A stretch of DNA of 64,000 nt from Chiloscyllium plagiosum. Lineage: Eukaryota. Shown here piece by piece: positions 1 through 12,895 of this stretch. Below the pieces are notes generated by a model, which searched no databases, was not told the origin of the DNA, and saw only the letters and a program-made list of their open reading frames with translations. The translations under genes were made by a program, and so were the position numbers. Each line of letters begins with the position of its first letter. Positions within the stretch are counted from its first letter, which is position 1. Location: positions 76,892,079 to 76,956,078 of the forward strand of contig NC_057718.1 of NCBI RefSeq assembly GCF_004010195.1, in the 5' to 3' direction.

Positions 1-559
1 TGTTAAATGGCTGAGACCTCAGTGACCCAGTTGCCAAGCTTGGAACAGACTGGTGGGGTTTGGTGGTGTAGTCTATTGGTCGTGGACAAGAGGACATCTT
101 TCCTCTACATCACACCATCGACAAGAACCCCCAAATCCCTAATAACAAAGGCTCCAATTTATCCTTCTGTATTACATCCAACTTAAATTTCAGGAACCAT
201 GCAGGACAGCTGTGGTCTGTGTGCTTGACTGAGTACATGACTAGCTTAGAAAGGAGGGCATCAGCTTAATTCCATGATATTCCAGCAGTGCCAAGTTTTT
301 CCAGGTACGGCAAATGTGACAATGAGTCTATTCAGATATCACTAAATGAAAGGGGTACCATATTTGTTGGGGAGGGTGGAATAGACAGATGGTTTGGGAC
401 GATACGGGAAGAAATCTCACTAGACCTTGCAGAGGGAAACCTGCTGCGAAACTTAGAAAACTGACACATGGCCAGAATATGACAGGATTCAGCTCCCTGA
501 CTCTGCTGAACTGATTTGGAGATGCCAGTGTTGGACTGGGTGTACAAAGTTAGAAATCA

Positions 560-919
560 TCGAGGAGAAAGTGAGGTCTGCAGACGCTGGAGATCAAAGC
601 TGAAACTTTATTGCTGGAACAGCACAGCAGGTCAGGCAGCATCTAGGGAACAGAAGATTCGACGTTTCGGGCACATGCCCTTCTTCAGGAATGAGCAGAG
701 AGTGTTCAGCAGGAGAAGCTTCTTCAAGGAAGGCATCCTTGTAAGAGGATTCGCAGTAGGTTGAAATCTTCGAGGAGAAAGTGAGGTCTGCAGACGCTGG
801 AGATCAAAGCTGAAACTTTATTGCTGGAACAGCAATAAGGGCATGTGCCCGAAACGTCGAATCTTCTGTTCCCTAGATGCTGCCTGACCTGCTGTGCTGT
901 TCCAGCAATAAAGTTTCAG
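560..919. mobile_element. Penelope-like element (family A) mini-insertion with tandem plus inverted pseudo-LTR
   Basis: 15-bp TSD CAAAGTTAGAAATCA (545-559 / 920-934). Direct repeat 560-624 = 770-834. Inverted repeat 599-682 vs 837-920. Confidence 0.85.
657..692 (-). ncRNA. Minimal type I hammerhead ribozyme motif (PLE family A)
   Basis: Minus strand reads AUUC-CUGAAGA-A-GGGC AUGU GCCC-GAAA-CG-UC-GAAU: helix I AUUC/GAAU, 4-bp helix II, palindromic ACGU helix III, GUC cleavage triplet. Confidence 0.8.
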
Positions 920-1419
920 CAAAGTTAGAAATCACACAATGCCAGGTTGTAGACCAACAGGTTTATTTGGAAGCACCGGGTCACCGTTCCAAGTTGCCTT
1001 CTGACCTTTTAAGAGTAACCATTTGCTAATTCAAACTGAAACAAAAAAATCCATTTCCCTCCATTTTAAACAATCATAAAAATTGCAAAAGCATTGGAAG
1101 AAAAATCACAATATTATCACTTAATGTTATAATTACTGCTTTCTTCTTTCACCCCGTAGAACTCTTGTGCATCTAGCCCTTGAGGTGACTGGTCTGTGTT
1201 TCGTTCTATTTTTAGAAGTTCACATTAAAACATTCAAATACAGAGAAGAACTATTAAGTTAATCAATATCTTGCCTTACTATTTTATTGACTGAGCTGTT
1301 TCTCATTTGGTCTTAACTGTATTGATTTTGATAAGCCAACAGTAGAATTCATATTATAAAACAAAACTTGTCTTTTGTATTTTTATTCTTTTTAAAATTG
1401 TGAACTGAAATAATAAATA

Positions 1420-2295
1420 ATTGTTTTAAAAGCAGTGTTTGGCTAGGATTGTTGCATGTTTTGAAAAGCAAATAACCTAACATTCATGGCAAGCACCATT
1501 TAAATAGCTGTTTGACCAAGGAGTAATTAAAGTTTAGGTTGCAGACTAACTGGAGCTGAGGGATTCTGTATTCACTTGAATCTTCGGTGGGCAACAAGAA
1601 GTTGATTTGTCTGTTGGCTAGGACCAGTTGTCGATGACCAGGGCCTTTTTTTTGTCTTTCAATAAGAGTATGATTGGTTCTTAGGCAAACTAAACAGATT
1701 GGGCCTGGGAACAAAACATAGAGAAGTGATCAGAGCTTCACCAGCTCAGGAGCTATCTCTTTGTTGTCTGTAGTCCAAAACCCATTTTAAACATGAATAT
1801 TCCACACTGTAAGTAATCTAATCTAATCTGATGAGTCAGATACCACTTTTGTAAGTTAAATAGTCACCCTTGCAAACCATTGGAAGCATTTAGATAAGAA
1901 AAACCGTGGGAAAGAAAACTTCTTTAGCAAGAACGAGCTCAAAAGATTTTGTGAACAAAGGCTACAGAACTGTTTTTTTCACTTTTCTCTTCACCCATTC
2001 CCTGCCTGTCTCTGTCTGTGTGTGTATTTAAGGGGGAGTTTATAAGCGTCTTAGTTTTAATTTGTTGTGTTAAATGCTAAGGTTTATAACTTTACCTGTA
2101 GCTAGCCTCTAATTGTTTGGAATAAATAGTATTTGTAGTTAAGTTCAGAAGCCTGGTGTGTGCTTTCTTCACCCTTTTGAAAATCAGAAAAATATTGGAG
2201 AATTTTCATGTACTTTTTAAAAACCTTTAATTTTTGTGACTACTCTGGAAGTAGCGGGCCTTCATTTGCAGTGCTGTACCCCAGAGTCATGACAA
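1420..2295 (+). mobile_element. Possible solo LTR containing a short HE1/CR1 tail fragment (1801-1828)
   Basis: Ends in ...GTCATGACA, with TATA-like TATTTAA near 2025 and AATAAA at 2121. No TSD or 5' boundary confirmed. Confidence 0.3.
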
Positions 2296-3712
2296 CGTTG
2301 AATTAAACACAGAACACTGTGTAAACACAGACACAAGTTTCTTCCTCCTGTCCAAGGGGAACAGTATTATGCTACAATCCCCTACTGCTCACAAATTGAT
2401 CTCCAGTGATGTTTCAGAGAATTAGAATGGAGAGCTTTCACTTGAGACTCCATCAATATAATTGCCTCTCAGCTGGAATGCATCCATTGTCTCTCTCTTG
2501 TTGGGAGGTCCCTTTAAATATTGTTATCAGCAAGTGGAATGGATCATGATCATACCCATCCATTGATTGTTCAGGAAGTGGAGTGCTTATGATATGGCTT
2601 GGATAAAGAGCCATTATAAAACTTATTCACGATTTTAAGAATCCTGACCTGACTTGCAGCAAGCGAGTCCAAAAGTGAAAATTCATCCTGGTGTTTCTGT
2701 GGTAGTTTTGTTTTTGCCAGTGGGTTTGTACATCAGTAATACATGAATAAGTTATGACTATCAAAAAGCTTAAGCATCAGCATCTGATGAAGTGGTTTTC
2801 ACACCTAAATATTATGCGCATTGAATTGATTGCTTGAATTGTTTGAGCCCTGGCACCTAATAAGATGGAAAAGGAAACTTCACTGAAATGGCTACTCGGT
2901 GCTTTCCTAACCTGGATAAAACTTCTTGCTAAGATAAAGTTAATACATTGGCAAAAAGAGCTAAATACATCTGTTATACAAAGGCAGCATAACAAGTTAG
3001 TAACCACAGACTGTTGTAATTCATTTAAATGTTGGACAGCTGTTGAAAAAGATATGGTGGCTTGTTTATGTTTTATTTGCTTAAACAAATAGCTGAGAAT
3101 CACATATAGTGTTAAAGTGGATTTGACTGTAACTCATGCTCTCAGGACCACATCACTAAACTGACTTACTGGGCTGAATTTTACCAGAAACTGTCTGAGT
3201 CAATTTTGGCAAGTTTCATGGAGTCAGGTACACACTTTTATTTAAAAGGGTGGTAAAGGGAGTATGTGGCATCTTTTTCTTTAATAATTGTGACCTAAAG
3301 CATATGAGCAGGAAAGATATGCTGGAATTATGTACAACACGATAAATAGTGAGAAGGACACTGGGGCTCCAAAGAGAAATAAATAAGTTGCAGGTGAAGT
3401 ATAAGGTCACTTACGCATATCACTTGTATGTGTTGATGTTAAGAAGGTGTACTCATGTAAGGAATGCAGAAAATTATCAAGCAGGTACATTAAGTAATTA
3501 AGGTGAATAGCATGTTGGCCTTTATTGACTAATCACTTGACATCATACAACATCAGTCAATAAGTTGCGAGCTAATAAATGTTTGGTGACTGTTGAAATG
3601 ATGATCGCAGAAGAAACACATAAGTACAACATAGGATGTCCAGCGTTGGTGCAGAGACCTGTATGAAGTGGCTCAACCTGGCCAACCAAGAATGAAGCCC
3701 TTTAAAAGAAGT

Positions 3713-3810
3713 CAAACAGACCCTTCGGTCCAACCCATCCATGCCGCCCAGATATCCCCACTCAATCTAGTCTCACCTGCCAGCACCCAGCCCATATCTC
3801 TCCAAACCCT
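3713..3810 (-). mobile_element. CR1 LINE 3' tail fragment
   Basis: AAACAGACCCTTCGGTCCAACCC...CTAGTCTCACCTGCCAGCACC matches the reverse complement of CR1 3' ends at 47450-47560 and 59820-59930. Confidence 0.75.
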
Positions 3811-4149
3811 AATGATTGAAGCTATATGATGTCACCAAATTTGTGCCAAGAGGGTAGATTTCTCTCCGTGCTCAATACAATGACAAGAATGAGATTCTGG
3901 AGTGCCAGACCATGGAAAGCAAGCAAATGCTACTCAGCCAGAGCAATCCAAAGCTTGGATTGTTAATCCTCGACATGCCAAAAGAGCTTTGCAACATGTT
4001 GCAGCATGCCAAACCATTGACAGCAGAGCAGACCTTCGAGGAGAACAACGCCCTATTTACATTGTTAAAATGTCTTCCTGTAGAATATCTTGAAGTAGAT
4101 GAGAATGTAAGAGCAATTCACCATCTGCTAAGGAAAGTTCCACCTGCCC

Positions 4150-5080
4150 TCCAGGCTAGCCCGACAAGGTAGAGAACAGAAAAGAAGGGAGTAACTGACA
4201 AAGTGGCAACTTAGACTAGATTAGCAGTACCAAAGCAGAAAAAATATCTGAAAAGCTAAGTATGGGCAACCACCCAAAGAATCTCTATGAAGCTCTGGAG
4301 ATATCTCGCTAGTCTATGCCAACCATCAAAAGAATTTTGCCACAATTTTAAAAGTCAAAAATCTTACTACCCTCGATGGAAAGGATGGTTTTTGGCAAGT
4401 AAAACTGGACAAAACAGTAAATTTCCAATTACGTTCTGGATACCATTTGGGAGATACAGATGATTACATGTGCCATTTGACGTTCCCATGGCTGCAGAGG
4501 AGCATCAGCATGAACAATGTGAGATAGGTAGTGGGCTTAGTGGAGTAGAAACTATAGTGGATGATCTGTGAGTTTATTGATGCAGAGATACAATGAAAGA
4601 AACCATTTCTGATCATGGTCAAAGTGTGATGCGACTGCTAGAGTTTGCCAGATGAACCTGAAGTTGAGTAAGAAAAAAATTACATTAAAGATGCCTGAAG
4701 TCAAGTGCATAGGCTTAGTACTGACAGCAAGAAGTCTTCACCAGCAACCCTAAAAGGTGATAGCTCCAGTGTGATGTGACAGCTAACACCTGTAAATGCA
4801 ATCTAATGATTTGTTTGATTCATGCGGTATTTAGCAGATTTCTTACCCAAATTATCTTTGGAATTGAGAACTATTGTACTAACTGGTGACCACAATATAC
4901 AGTTGTATTGGGGTATGGAACAAAAAGCAATATTCACTAAAATCAACCAACTAATGATACCAATGCCATTCTGAAATACTATGATGTAAATGATTAAGTC
5001 ACTATACAGTGTGACATCCATAGATATTACTTGAAGCAAGCCTAGTGTAGCATGGCTGTATTTGCATCTAAAACCGTAAA
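4150..5080 (+). mobile_element. Decayed Gypsy/Ty3 pol (RT) remnant
   Basis: Frameshifted translation gives TLDGKDGFWQVKLD, TFWIPFGRYR*LHVPFD and ETIVDDL, which are Gypsy RT motifs. Confidence 0.7.
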
Positions 5081-5561
5081 ATAGCAGCTGTTATGTATGT
5101 TCATTTACAAATAATTTTGATATAACAATCTATAGTTATCTATTTAGAGCAGCTATTTGGAAATAAAATTACTCGTAAATGAATTGTACAATTGTTGTTT
5201 CATTTGAGTTTATTGTTGCTATGATAGGTGGATGTGGAAACAGTAGATTTAATTTTCTGTTATAGTAATTGCTTCCCTTGTAAAACCAGTTTGCTCAGCA
5301 CAGAACTCTTTTCACCACTTCCCCACTATTTTCCAAAGGGAAGAAGTTGTGAAGATGCATTTTCTTTTTAAAGACCTGGCTCATTAGTTAAAGAACAGCT
5401 CTGACACATTGGAATGGTAGTTGTAATAATTTCTATAAACTTCTCCATTCACCAGAAATTTTGCAAGCTCACAGTTTTTGCACCCTTTTTTAGTTTGAAG
5501 TATAAAGCTTGGAAATAAATCAATTGCTTCACTGTTTGTTTATTTGTTTTTTGATGACTAG

Positions 5562-5683
5562 GCATGCAGATTTGAACAGTAAACCAACAGGTGGCCTTAC
5601 ATCCCTTTCAGATGCCCCCCCTCTGAATGCAAACTTGGTGTCTCTGGCAGGAGCACTACCTGTAAAAGATATTGACATAAAAG
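5562..5683 (+). CDS. CEP43: CEP43/FGFR1OP coding exon (internal)
   Basis: Pyrimidine tract plus TAG acceptor at 5559-5561 and donor G|GTAAGT. Encodes HADLNSKPTGGLTSLSDAPPLNANLVSLAGALPVKDIDIK, matching the FOP motif SLSDAPPL..L.SLAGA. An alternative CAG acceptor lies at 5567-5569. Confidence 0.88.
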
Positions 5684-7357
5684 GTAAGTCAAGATTATTT
5701 GGTCTTTAAAATAGTGAATAATAAAATATTTATGTCATCTATCTTATTAGTTGATGAGCGGCAATGGAAGAATTTTGAGTGATATCCTTTATTATTGTCA
5801 GTCTGGGTTATATTTAGACCCAGGTTCTAGAGATAAAGGTTCTAGTGCAATGTGCTGTGCAGTTCCTCTGTCCTCTCAAACCTCAAAAAAATGTTTCAGT
5901 AAATTTCAAAATGTTGAAAGTTCAGATTTTATTTTCTAACTTAATTTTCTACATGCTATGGATATGTTTTATATATGTTCAGTTTTTCTTGGTCGTGGTG
6001 TAAAGGGAATTAAGGGAATGTTATTGGGGAAGAGGGAGTTGAGTTCTATGATGGCTGATTTCCTGTATTTTGATACTAGTTTGGAAGCTGTGTTCTATTC
6101 ATTTTTTTAATTAAAATTGAAAAGGCTGTTTTTCACTGGGAATTTCGCCTCATTAATTTACCATCTGTATATCTACCTGATACATCATTAATCAAGAGAT
6201 AACTACAAACCTCATTTCTTTCTGCATTTTCTCATTTTTCCAATATTCTGTCTCCTAATTTTTCTTTCTTAATAGTTGATGTCTGACTCTTGCATTCTTC
6301 TTCCTCTCCTTTTCTAGTTACATTTTCTCATGCCCATTCTCTGTGTATATCACTGTTTCTCTCCTCCAATGTCAAGCACTCAATCTTGTGCATAAAGTCA
6401 CTCTTTAAATACATATGTCCTACTTTCCATTTTTGGTTTTCAGTCACATTACCTAACTTGCAAGTAATGAGAACAGCATTCTGTCTTCTATTGAATCAAT
6501 GACTAATATGCATTGGTCACTGCAGAATTAATTTTAAATTGCTCTTTCCAATTTTTATAGATGCTGATACAAGCAGTAATTACTGAAATTGCCAGGAATT
6601 AACTTTTTGCTTGCTTTGCTGATAATACTCAGTGATAAAACTAAAGTTGAGAATCCTAAAATAGTTGTGATGCTGCTCCTTTAACACGGTTATGTTGTCC
6701 TTGGTTTTTTTTTCAGAAGGGTAAAAATGCAGAGTTGCGAGAGATCTGGCTTTGGGTTTTAGGGCTAATTTGATTATAGCTAACAGATACTGCCTCAGGA
6801 AAAAGGCTTTCAAGTTTAGAAAAATCTCTTGTACAATGAAAAGGGAATGACCAGTTCTCCTAGCTCCATGTTACTCTGGTTTGGTTTGGTTTTAGCAACC
6901 AGTCCATTGTGAAGCTGCTGGACCCAAAAAAGCAGGTCCATGCTGATCCTCCCTCTCTTTGATATCTCTCCAATGTTTGATATTTTTTACAAAGGAGTGT
7001 TTTCAGATAGGTGGTTGTTCTATTTTCGGTTACTTTTATTTGTTTAATTCTGTAATCATGCAAATAAATTCTGTTTTGTTTAAAGCTAAGTGGTTGGGCC
7101 AGTTGCATCAATCCTCGACTATCCACCTTACACCTGCTTAAAACAACTTGCAAAGATAGGGTCCAGGCAACTTTCTTGAAATGTTTTGAGGAGTCTGGCC
7201 TGGTTGATAACGTAATGAATGAAAAGAAGTTTCCACAGGGATTTAGTCAGTAACAGTAATATGAGCAATTCAAAATAATTACATAAACAGTCAGGAGAAA
7301 TAGTATTTTAACACAATTACATATTGCTAAAATTCTCATTTCAAATCTCTACCTTAG

Positions 7358-7400
7358 GAGCAGGTGATGAAGAAGAATATTACGATGATGATTTTGTCAG
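7358..7400 (+). CDS. CEP43: CEP43/FGFR1OP coding exon (43 bp)
   Basis: Acceptor CCTTAG, donor AG|GTATTG. Encodes (G)AGDEEEYYDDDFV(S), like human GTGEDDDYVDDFNS. Phases fit both neighbouring exons. Confidence 0.88.
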
Positions 7401-7764
7401 GTATTGCAAGTTTTATCATCCTAACTTAAATGTTTATTTTCATATTCTGGTAATATGACATACTTTCAGATACTGAGTAAATCATTTGGTCAGTGGTCTA
7501 ACTTTTATCTGAGGATCTGACTGTTGAAATACTTGAGTACTGAATTGTTTCTGAAATGCAGTGAAGGTTCAATATCAGATTTGTGCTGTTAGAATCTGCT
7601 TGTGAGCATAAGCAAAAAGAAAGTAAAATAATTCAGAAGTTTGTCACCTGAATTGAAAGCTGCTTTTAATATTTGAGAAAGAATGGTAATATGTTTGCAC
7701 TAAAGCCAAGGCAAGTATATTGGAAACATTGATGGAGTCTTTTGCAGTTAAAAATAATTTAAAA

Positions 7765-8390
7765 GCATTGAATCACAAAACGTTGGTTTGCAAGTGCATT
7801 GGTAGAAGGATGGAGTTTAAAAACAGAGAGGTTATGCTCAGCTATTTAGGATTCTGTTGAGGCCACACCTGGAGTACAGTGTACAGTTTTGGTCTCCTTA
7901 CTTGAGAATGGATATACTGGCAATGGAGGGGATGCAGACGAGGTACACTAATTTGATTCCGAAATTGAGAGGGCTGGTTGATGAGGAGAGAGATTGAGTA
8001 GACTGGTACTATACTCATTGGAACTTTGAACAGTGAGGGGGAAGTTTTATAAAAACATGAAGGGAATGGATAAGATAGAAGCAAGGAGGTTGGTTCCACT
8101 GGCAGATGAAACTTGAACAAAGGGGCAAAGCCTCAAAATAAAGGTGAGCAGATTCAGGACTGAGTTGAGGAGGAACTTCTTCATCCATGAAGTTCCCTAC
8201 TTAATGAAGCAGTTGAGGCTACCTCGTTGCATGTTTTTAAGGCGAAGATAGATATAAAGGAATTAAAGGTTATGGTGAGCAGGCAGGTAAGCTGAGCTGA
8301 TTTTCCAAAAAGATCAGCCATGATCATATTGCAGAGCATGCTCAGCAGGCCAGATGGCCTATTCCGGCTGCTGTTTCTGACATTCGTATC
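7765..8390 (+). mobile_element. CR1 LINE 3' fragment (intronic)
   Basis: RPHLEYSVQFWSP and FRTELRRNFF motifs followed by a CR1-type 3' UTR. Confidence 0.8.
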
Positions 8391-8671
8391 ATACATTCAT
8401 AGAGGGCAAATTGATTAGAAAACATATGGAGTATTGTATTCAGATCTGGCCACAGTAATAGTGATAATGTAAACATTTATAAACATTCAGAAAAGGGAAG
8501 ATCTCGTTGCAAGCTGGAGTTAACAGCAGCATGATGATATTTGTGAGACTTAGATATTCCGTATTAGGCAGTGCCTTAATAGTTTTTTTTTTCTTTTTAT
8601 TAACTATAAAGGATGTGCTCCTTTTCACTTTATTAAGATTATACTCTAGATTTTCTTTGTTGTCAGCTATG

Positions 8672-9395
8672 CATTTTTAACCCATTCGTAATTGCCCTTA
8701 AGGTGGTGATGAGTCACTTTTCTTGAATTGCTGCAGCCCATGTTACATAGCTACAACTACAGTTATGTTGGGAAGGGAGTTCTAGGCTTTTGACCAGTAA
8801 TTGTGGTGGAGTGGCAATATAGTTCACATCCAGGCGATTGATTACTTTGAGGGAAACTTGAGGTGGTGCTGTTTCCGTGCACCTGCTGCCATTGTCCTAG
8901 GTAGTTTTATTCAGTATTCAGCTGAAATGTACAGTGTAAGAATAATTTATCTATTTACCCTATAATTTCTGCCAAGGGTGGACATTGCACTGTAATTTAG
9001 AGCATCAGCAGCAGAGAAATACAACTAGGAATCTGTAGCTCGCTAATATGTTTCCAGTTTATATCTACAGTTGCATTCCCTGTGAAGCCCCTTCACCATT
9101 CATCCCTGAAGAAGTCTTTTGACCATATATCCCTGAAAAAGCCTCTTGCCTTTTCTTTTGTCTTCATTCCTTCAAGGGATGTGAATGCCTTTGGCTTGGC
9201 CAGCAGTGTTGCGCATCCCTAATTGCCCTTTAACCTATTGATTTTACCAAACCATTTCAAAGGGCAGTTAAAAGTCAGCCATGCTGCTGGAGATTTGGAG
9301 CCACATATAGACCAGACTAAGAATGACAGCTTTTCCTCCCTAAGAGACATTAGTGAACCAGATTGCTTTTTACAACAGTGGTATTAATCCAATGA
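8672..9395 (-). mobile_element. Two old LINE (CR1/L2-class) 3' fragments (8672-8905, 9170-9395)
   Basis: Share CCCTAATTGCCCTT(GA)AGGTGGTG and related motifs with 53780-54000 and, in the opposite orientation, with 12975-13050 and 61380-61560. Confidence 0.5.
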
Positions 9396-9420
9396 TATTG
9401 TCACTCTGTCTTTGTTTTAG

Positions 9421-9523
9421 TGGCAGTCAGCGTTCAGATAAAACCAAGAGTGAAGTGAGCATTGGTGAAGAAATTGAAGAGGATATTTCTGTGGAGGGGG
9501 AGGATCTTTGTACTGATGATAAG
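9421..9523 (+). CDS. CEP43: CEP43/FGFR1OP penultimate coding exon
   Basis: Acceptor TTTGTTTTAG, donor AAG|GTTTGC. Encodes GSQRSDKTKSEVSIGEEIEEDISVEGEDLCTDDK, like human SHRSEKSEISIGEEIEEDLSVE. Confidence 0.93.
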
Positions 9524-9880
9524 GTTTGCAGAACTACTGAGTATAAATAAAAATATTCAAGAACTGTGTGCCTTTTGAAATCTAATAAAGTGGCTTTTGA
9601 GAATATAATCTTATCAGTGAATAGTGACAGATTAAGTATTAGCTAAATATAAATATTTCATTGTTCTAAGAAGCTGCTAAATGTTTATTAATGGCAGTCT
9701 ATATTTTTACTCATTTTGTAAATAGCTGTGCCAGTTTTAAATTAGTCTAATCTTTTAGATGAAAACTAGTTTAAACAGCGTTATTCCTTGTGATTTTTAA
9801 AACATGTTAATACATTTTGCAATAACTTTGCTATTTTTTCTGTGAAAATGTTTTAGTGACTTTTGTTTTATATTTTGTAG

Positions 9881-9955
9881 GTCGACGATTTGACACTGGA
9901 CCACACCATTTCTCACTTAAGTGATGTGGCAGATTATATAGAGGAAGTTGCGTAA
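9881..9955 (+). CDS. CEP43: CEP43/FGFR1OP last coding exon
   Basis: Acceptor TATTTTGTAG. Encodes VDDLTLDHTISHLSDVADYIEEVA* (TAA 9953-9955), like human LDDLTQDLTVSQLSDVADYLEDVA*. Confidence 0.95.
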   Translation, partial: VDDLTLDHTISHLSDVADYIEEVA

Positions 9956-10984
9956 TATCTTCATAATGAATAATTAGTTCACTGTACAGATAAATGAGTA
10001 GTTGTTTTGGTCAATTCTGGTGTTCTGAAGAAGCTCTGAAGCAATGGAAATGGAATTAGGCTGATATAGAATCCCTCCATTAGCAGACAGTTGGTTGAAT
10101 TTCTTAAAATCAGTTAATCCAAATGAAAACCAAAGACTATGTGTTACACTCAAAACCGATGCAATCAGAATGGTACTGAATAGTGCCAATGGGGGAGTCT
10201 GAAAGTGTCCTCGGACTGTCTTCCAGTATCCACGAGAAGAGGCTTACACTCCTTTAAAAAGGATCAGTTTGGTCCGAAATTGTAATGTGTATAAATATAT
10301 TAAGTAAAAATTATTTTTAATGTAGATTTATTTTTTGAATATTCCATGTGTTCTTATTGCATAAAGTCTTATCAAAAATCTCTCTAATCTTTTTAGAGCT
10401 GCATGAAAACTTTTAAATGGGTAATTATTTCTCAAAAAATGCAACATTAATAAATTACTGGTAATAACATCTAGTGTTAAATTGGTTTGTATTAAATTTA
10501 TTTGAATTCTTTTGGCATTTGGCAACCTATTAATTAGTATTCATATTCAGAATATTCCAAACTGTAGAGCAGACCTAATGCTACTTAGTTAACTTTGGAA
10601 TTAGATGGTGATAAAAAAAAGGGTATACTTCCTGCTACTTTTTTAACTCTATGATTGCTGCTGGATTTGTTTGTGTGGGCGTTGACTGAGACCATAATGG
10701 TGACGATATGATGAGCCAGTGTTCATTAGGTTCACAGATGAAGTGCAACCATTTTCTTGAAAATCAGAAACCTGCCATTTCCGCTCGACCTTTATTCCAA
10801 TGTGCTCAGCATCTATATAAAAATTGCTAAATACTGATATCATCTGTTATGTGTGTCCTTGAGTAAAGCCTATTATGGAACTGGAGCTGTGTTTCAATTG
10901 CACACGGACACTATCTTGTTTTTATTGCATTAACTAAAGTATGGAGATTCCTGGAATTGTTAATGAACATTTGTATTTCATTCA

Positions 10985-10990
10985 AATAAA
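10985..10990 (+). promoter_or_regulatory. Candidate CEP43 polyadenylation signal
   Basis: AATAAA about 1 kb after the stop, followed by a GT/T-rich tract near 11040-11055. Alternatives at 10449 and 11330. Confidence 0.45.
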
Positions 10991-11549
10991 TTGACAGCCT
11001 CTGTTCAAAGTGTGTACACCTCGAGGCAGTGAGAATTATGTTTTGTTATTTTTTTAAAAGCCTATTGTTCTGGATGACAAAATTGAAAAAGTTTATATTT
11101 CAAAGAAAATGCTCATTTGGATTTTTCCTGAATATTTTGAATACTTTTATTAAACATGTTATTGGAGGCCTCAGCTACAGTCACAAAGCTAGATTTGGCA
11201 TTGGTAGTTTTGTCCATCACTTGTTACTTAAAAGTGCACCCTGCATTGTAAGCAAAGTGCTAAAATGCACAACCACCTCTCCTCCCCTCTCCCCAATATG
11301 TCAATATATTAAATCTAAAAAGCTTCGGTAATAAAATTATATTGGAATGTTTTTCAATCCTATTTAGAAACTAGAGGATACCTTGTTATCTTGAATGTGG
11401 TCTAATTAATTATCAATGGAAAAATTAAATGTTATAATTACATCTGAGAAACAGAATAGAAAAGAGTTGGGATTGCAGATAGAGAAAGAGACACACCAAC
11501 AGAAGATTGGTCAGGATTTTAACTTCCATTCACTTACGCAGACTTAAAA

Positions 11550-11790
11550 TCACCCTTCAGGCTGATGCTGCATGTCGTACTGAGGGAGGTGTATCCTCTT
11601 AGATGAAGATATAAGATCTCTGCATCATTCAAAGTAGAGTCGCGTAAATCTTTGTTTTTTGCCAATTTATTCCAAAAACAACATCAGGTGTGCAATGCTA
11701 TTGCATTTTCCAACAATGTATGTACTACAGTTGAAAGTTTTTTTAAGTTCAGTACAATATGCTTGAGCATCCCGCAGTCATAAAGGGCAC
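11550..11790 (+). mobile_element. Very decayed Deu-domain SINE (AmnSINE/SacSINE-like)
   Basis: GCTGATGCTGCATGTCGTACTGAGGGAGG...AGATGA resembles the Deu core GCAGTACTGAGGGAG. A reverse-oriented relative lies at about 43750-43880. Confidence 0.4.
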
Positions 11791-12586
11791 AATGTAAATG
11801 CTTGTTTTTTAGTTTGATTGTCCTGATATTTATTACATAATTGGTTATCGTAACATTATGAGATCTTCACTAATGTGATTCATTGATTGCAAGTTTCAAA
11901 CAAATATCATCAGATACTAATTGATATAGTCTTACAAAAGTGTAAAGAAAATGTGATGAGTAGTATTCTCCAAGCCTCAGCTTTTCACTATATCAATTAA
12001 TCACCTTCATGAAGGACTATGTTGTTGACTATTAAAGTTTGTGGATGACGCTAAATCAGGACATACAAGTTCAAATAGGATCAAGAAATTCAAAGGGATA
12101 TAAGTAACTTGAGATCAGTGGGCAGACTGGTGATCTATTTCAATATTAAATAATCACTTATAATCCAAGAAAAGCAAATTGTTATTTTTTTTAATGGCAT
12201 TAGACTTAGAAACTGGCAGAGCAAAGTGCCTTAGATAACAAGGTGGACAAGCCACTTAAAGCCAATTCAAAGAAACAAAAGAACTACAACCTTGAGATGC
12301 CATAGCATCCCTATCTCTGGGCCAGAAGTTGTGGATTTAAGCCCCCCTCAGGTCTTGGATGATAAGCACAGGAGACTTTCCTGGTCAAACTGAACATTGT
12401 GACAACTCCAGCACAGAGCCATGCCAATCTAAAAGACTCCAAGTGCAGCTTCTTGAGATGAGCAGGAATAACCCTCATTCTGAGATGTTATTAAAATAAA
12501 ACCAAATGCTGGGGAAACTCAGGCAGAATCCATACAGAGAGAAATAGAGATAGTATTTTAAGTTTAGATGGATGTTCATAAATTGT

Positions 12587-12895
12587 GGGTGGCACCGTGG
12601 TTAGCACTGCTGCCTCACAGCGCCAGAGACCCGAGTTCAATTCCCGCCTCAGGCGACTGACTGTGTGGAGTTTGCACATTCTCCCCGTGTCTGCGTGGTT
12701 TCCTCCGGGTGCTCCAGTTTCCTCCCACAGTCCAAAGATGTGCATGTCAGGTGAATTGGCCATGCTAAATTGCCCGTAGTGTTAGGTAAGGGGTAAATGT
12801 AGGGGTATGGGTGGGTTGCGCTTCGGCGGGGCGGTGTGGACTTGTTGGGCCGAAGGGCCTGTTTCCACACTGTAATGTAATCTAATCTAATCTAA
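12587..12895 (+). mobile_element. HE1-type V-SINE
   Basis: tRNA-like head with B box GAGTTCAATTCC, V-domain TGTGTGGAGTTTGCACATTCTCCCCGTGTCTGCGTGG, CR1-derived tail GGGCCGAAGGGCCTGTTTCC and (TAATC)n. Confidence 0.92.

Larger units (their letters stand above)
512..975 (-). mobile_element. Penelope-like pseudo-LTR fragment (family B), interrupted by a family-A PLE insertion
   Basis: TGATTTGGAGATGCCAGTGTTGGACTGGGTGTACAAAGTTAGAAATCA...CACAATGCCAGGTTGTAGACCAACAGGTTTATTTGGAAGCAC is the reverse complement of the family-B end seen at 21330-21420. Confidence 0.75.

Noticed and set aside
5751..5939. Extra CEP43 exon (GNGRILSD...)
   Set aside because: The AG acceptors at 5750 and 5758 give in-frame stops in the required phase, and the similarity is weak.
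9353..9550. Stand-alone 65-aa ORF (also 5509-5709)
   Set aside because: Only the internal part is real, as a spliced CEP43 exon. The flanks are intronic.
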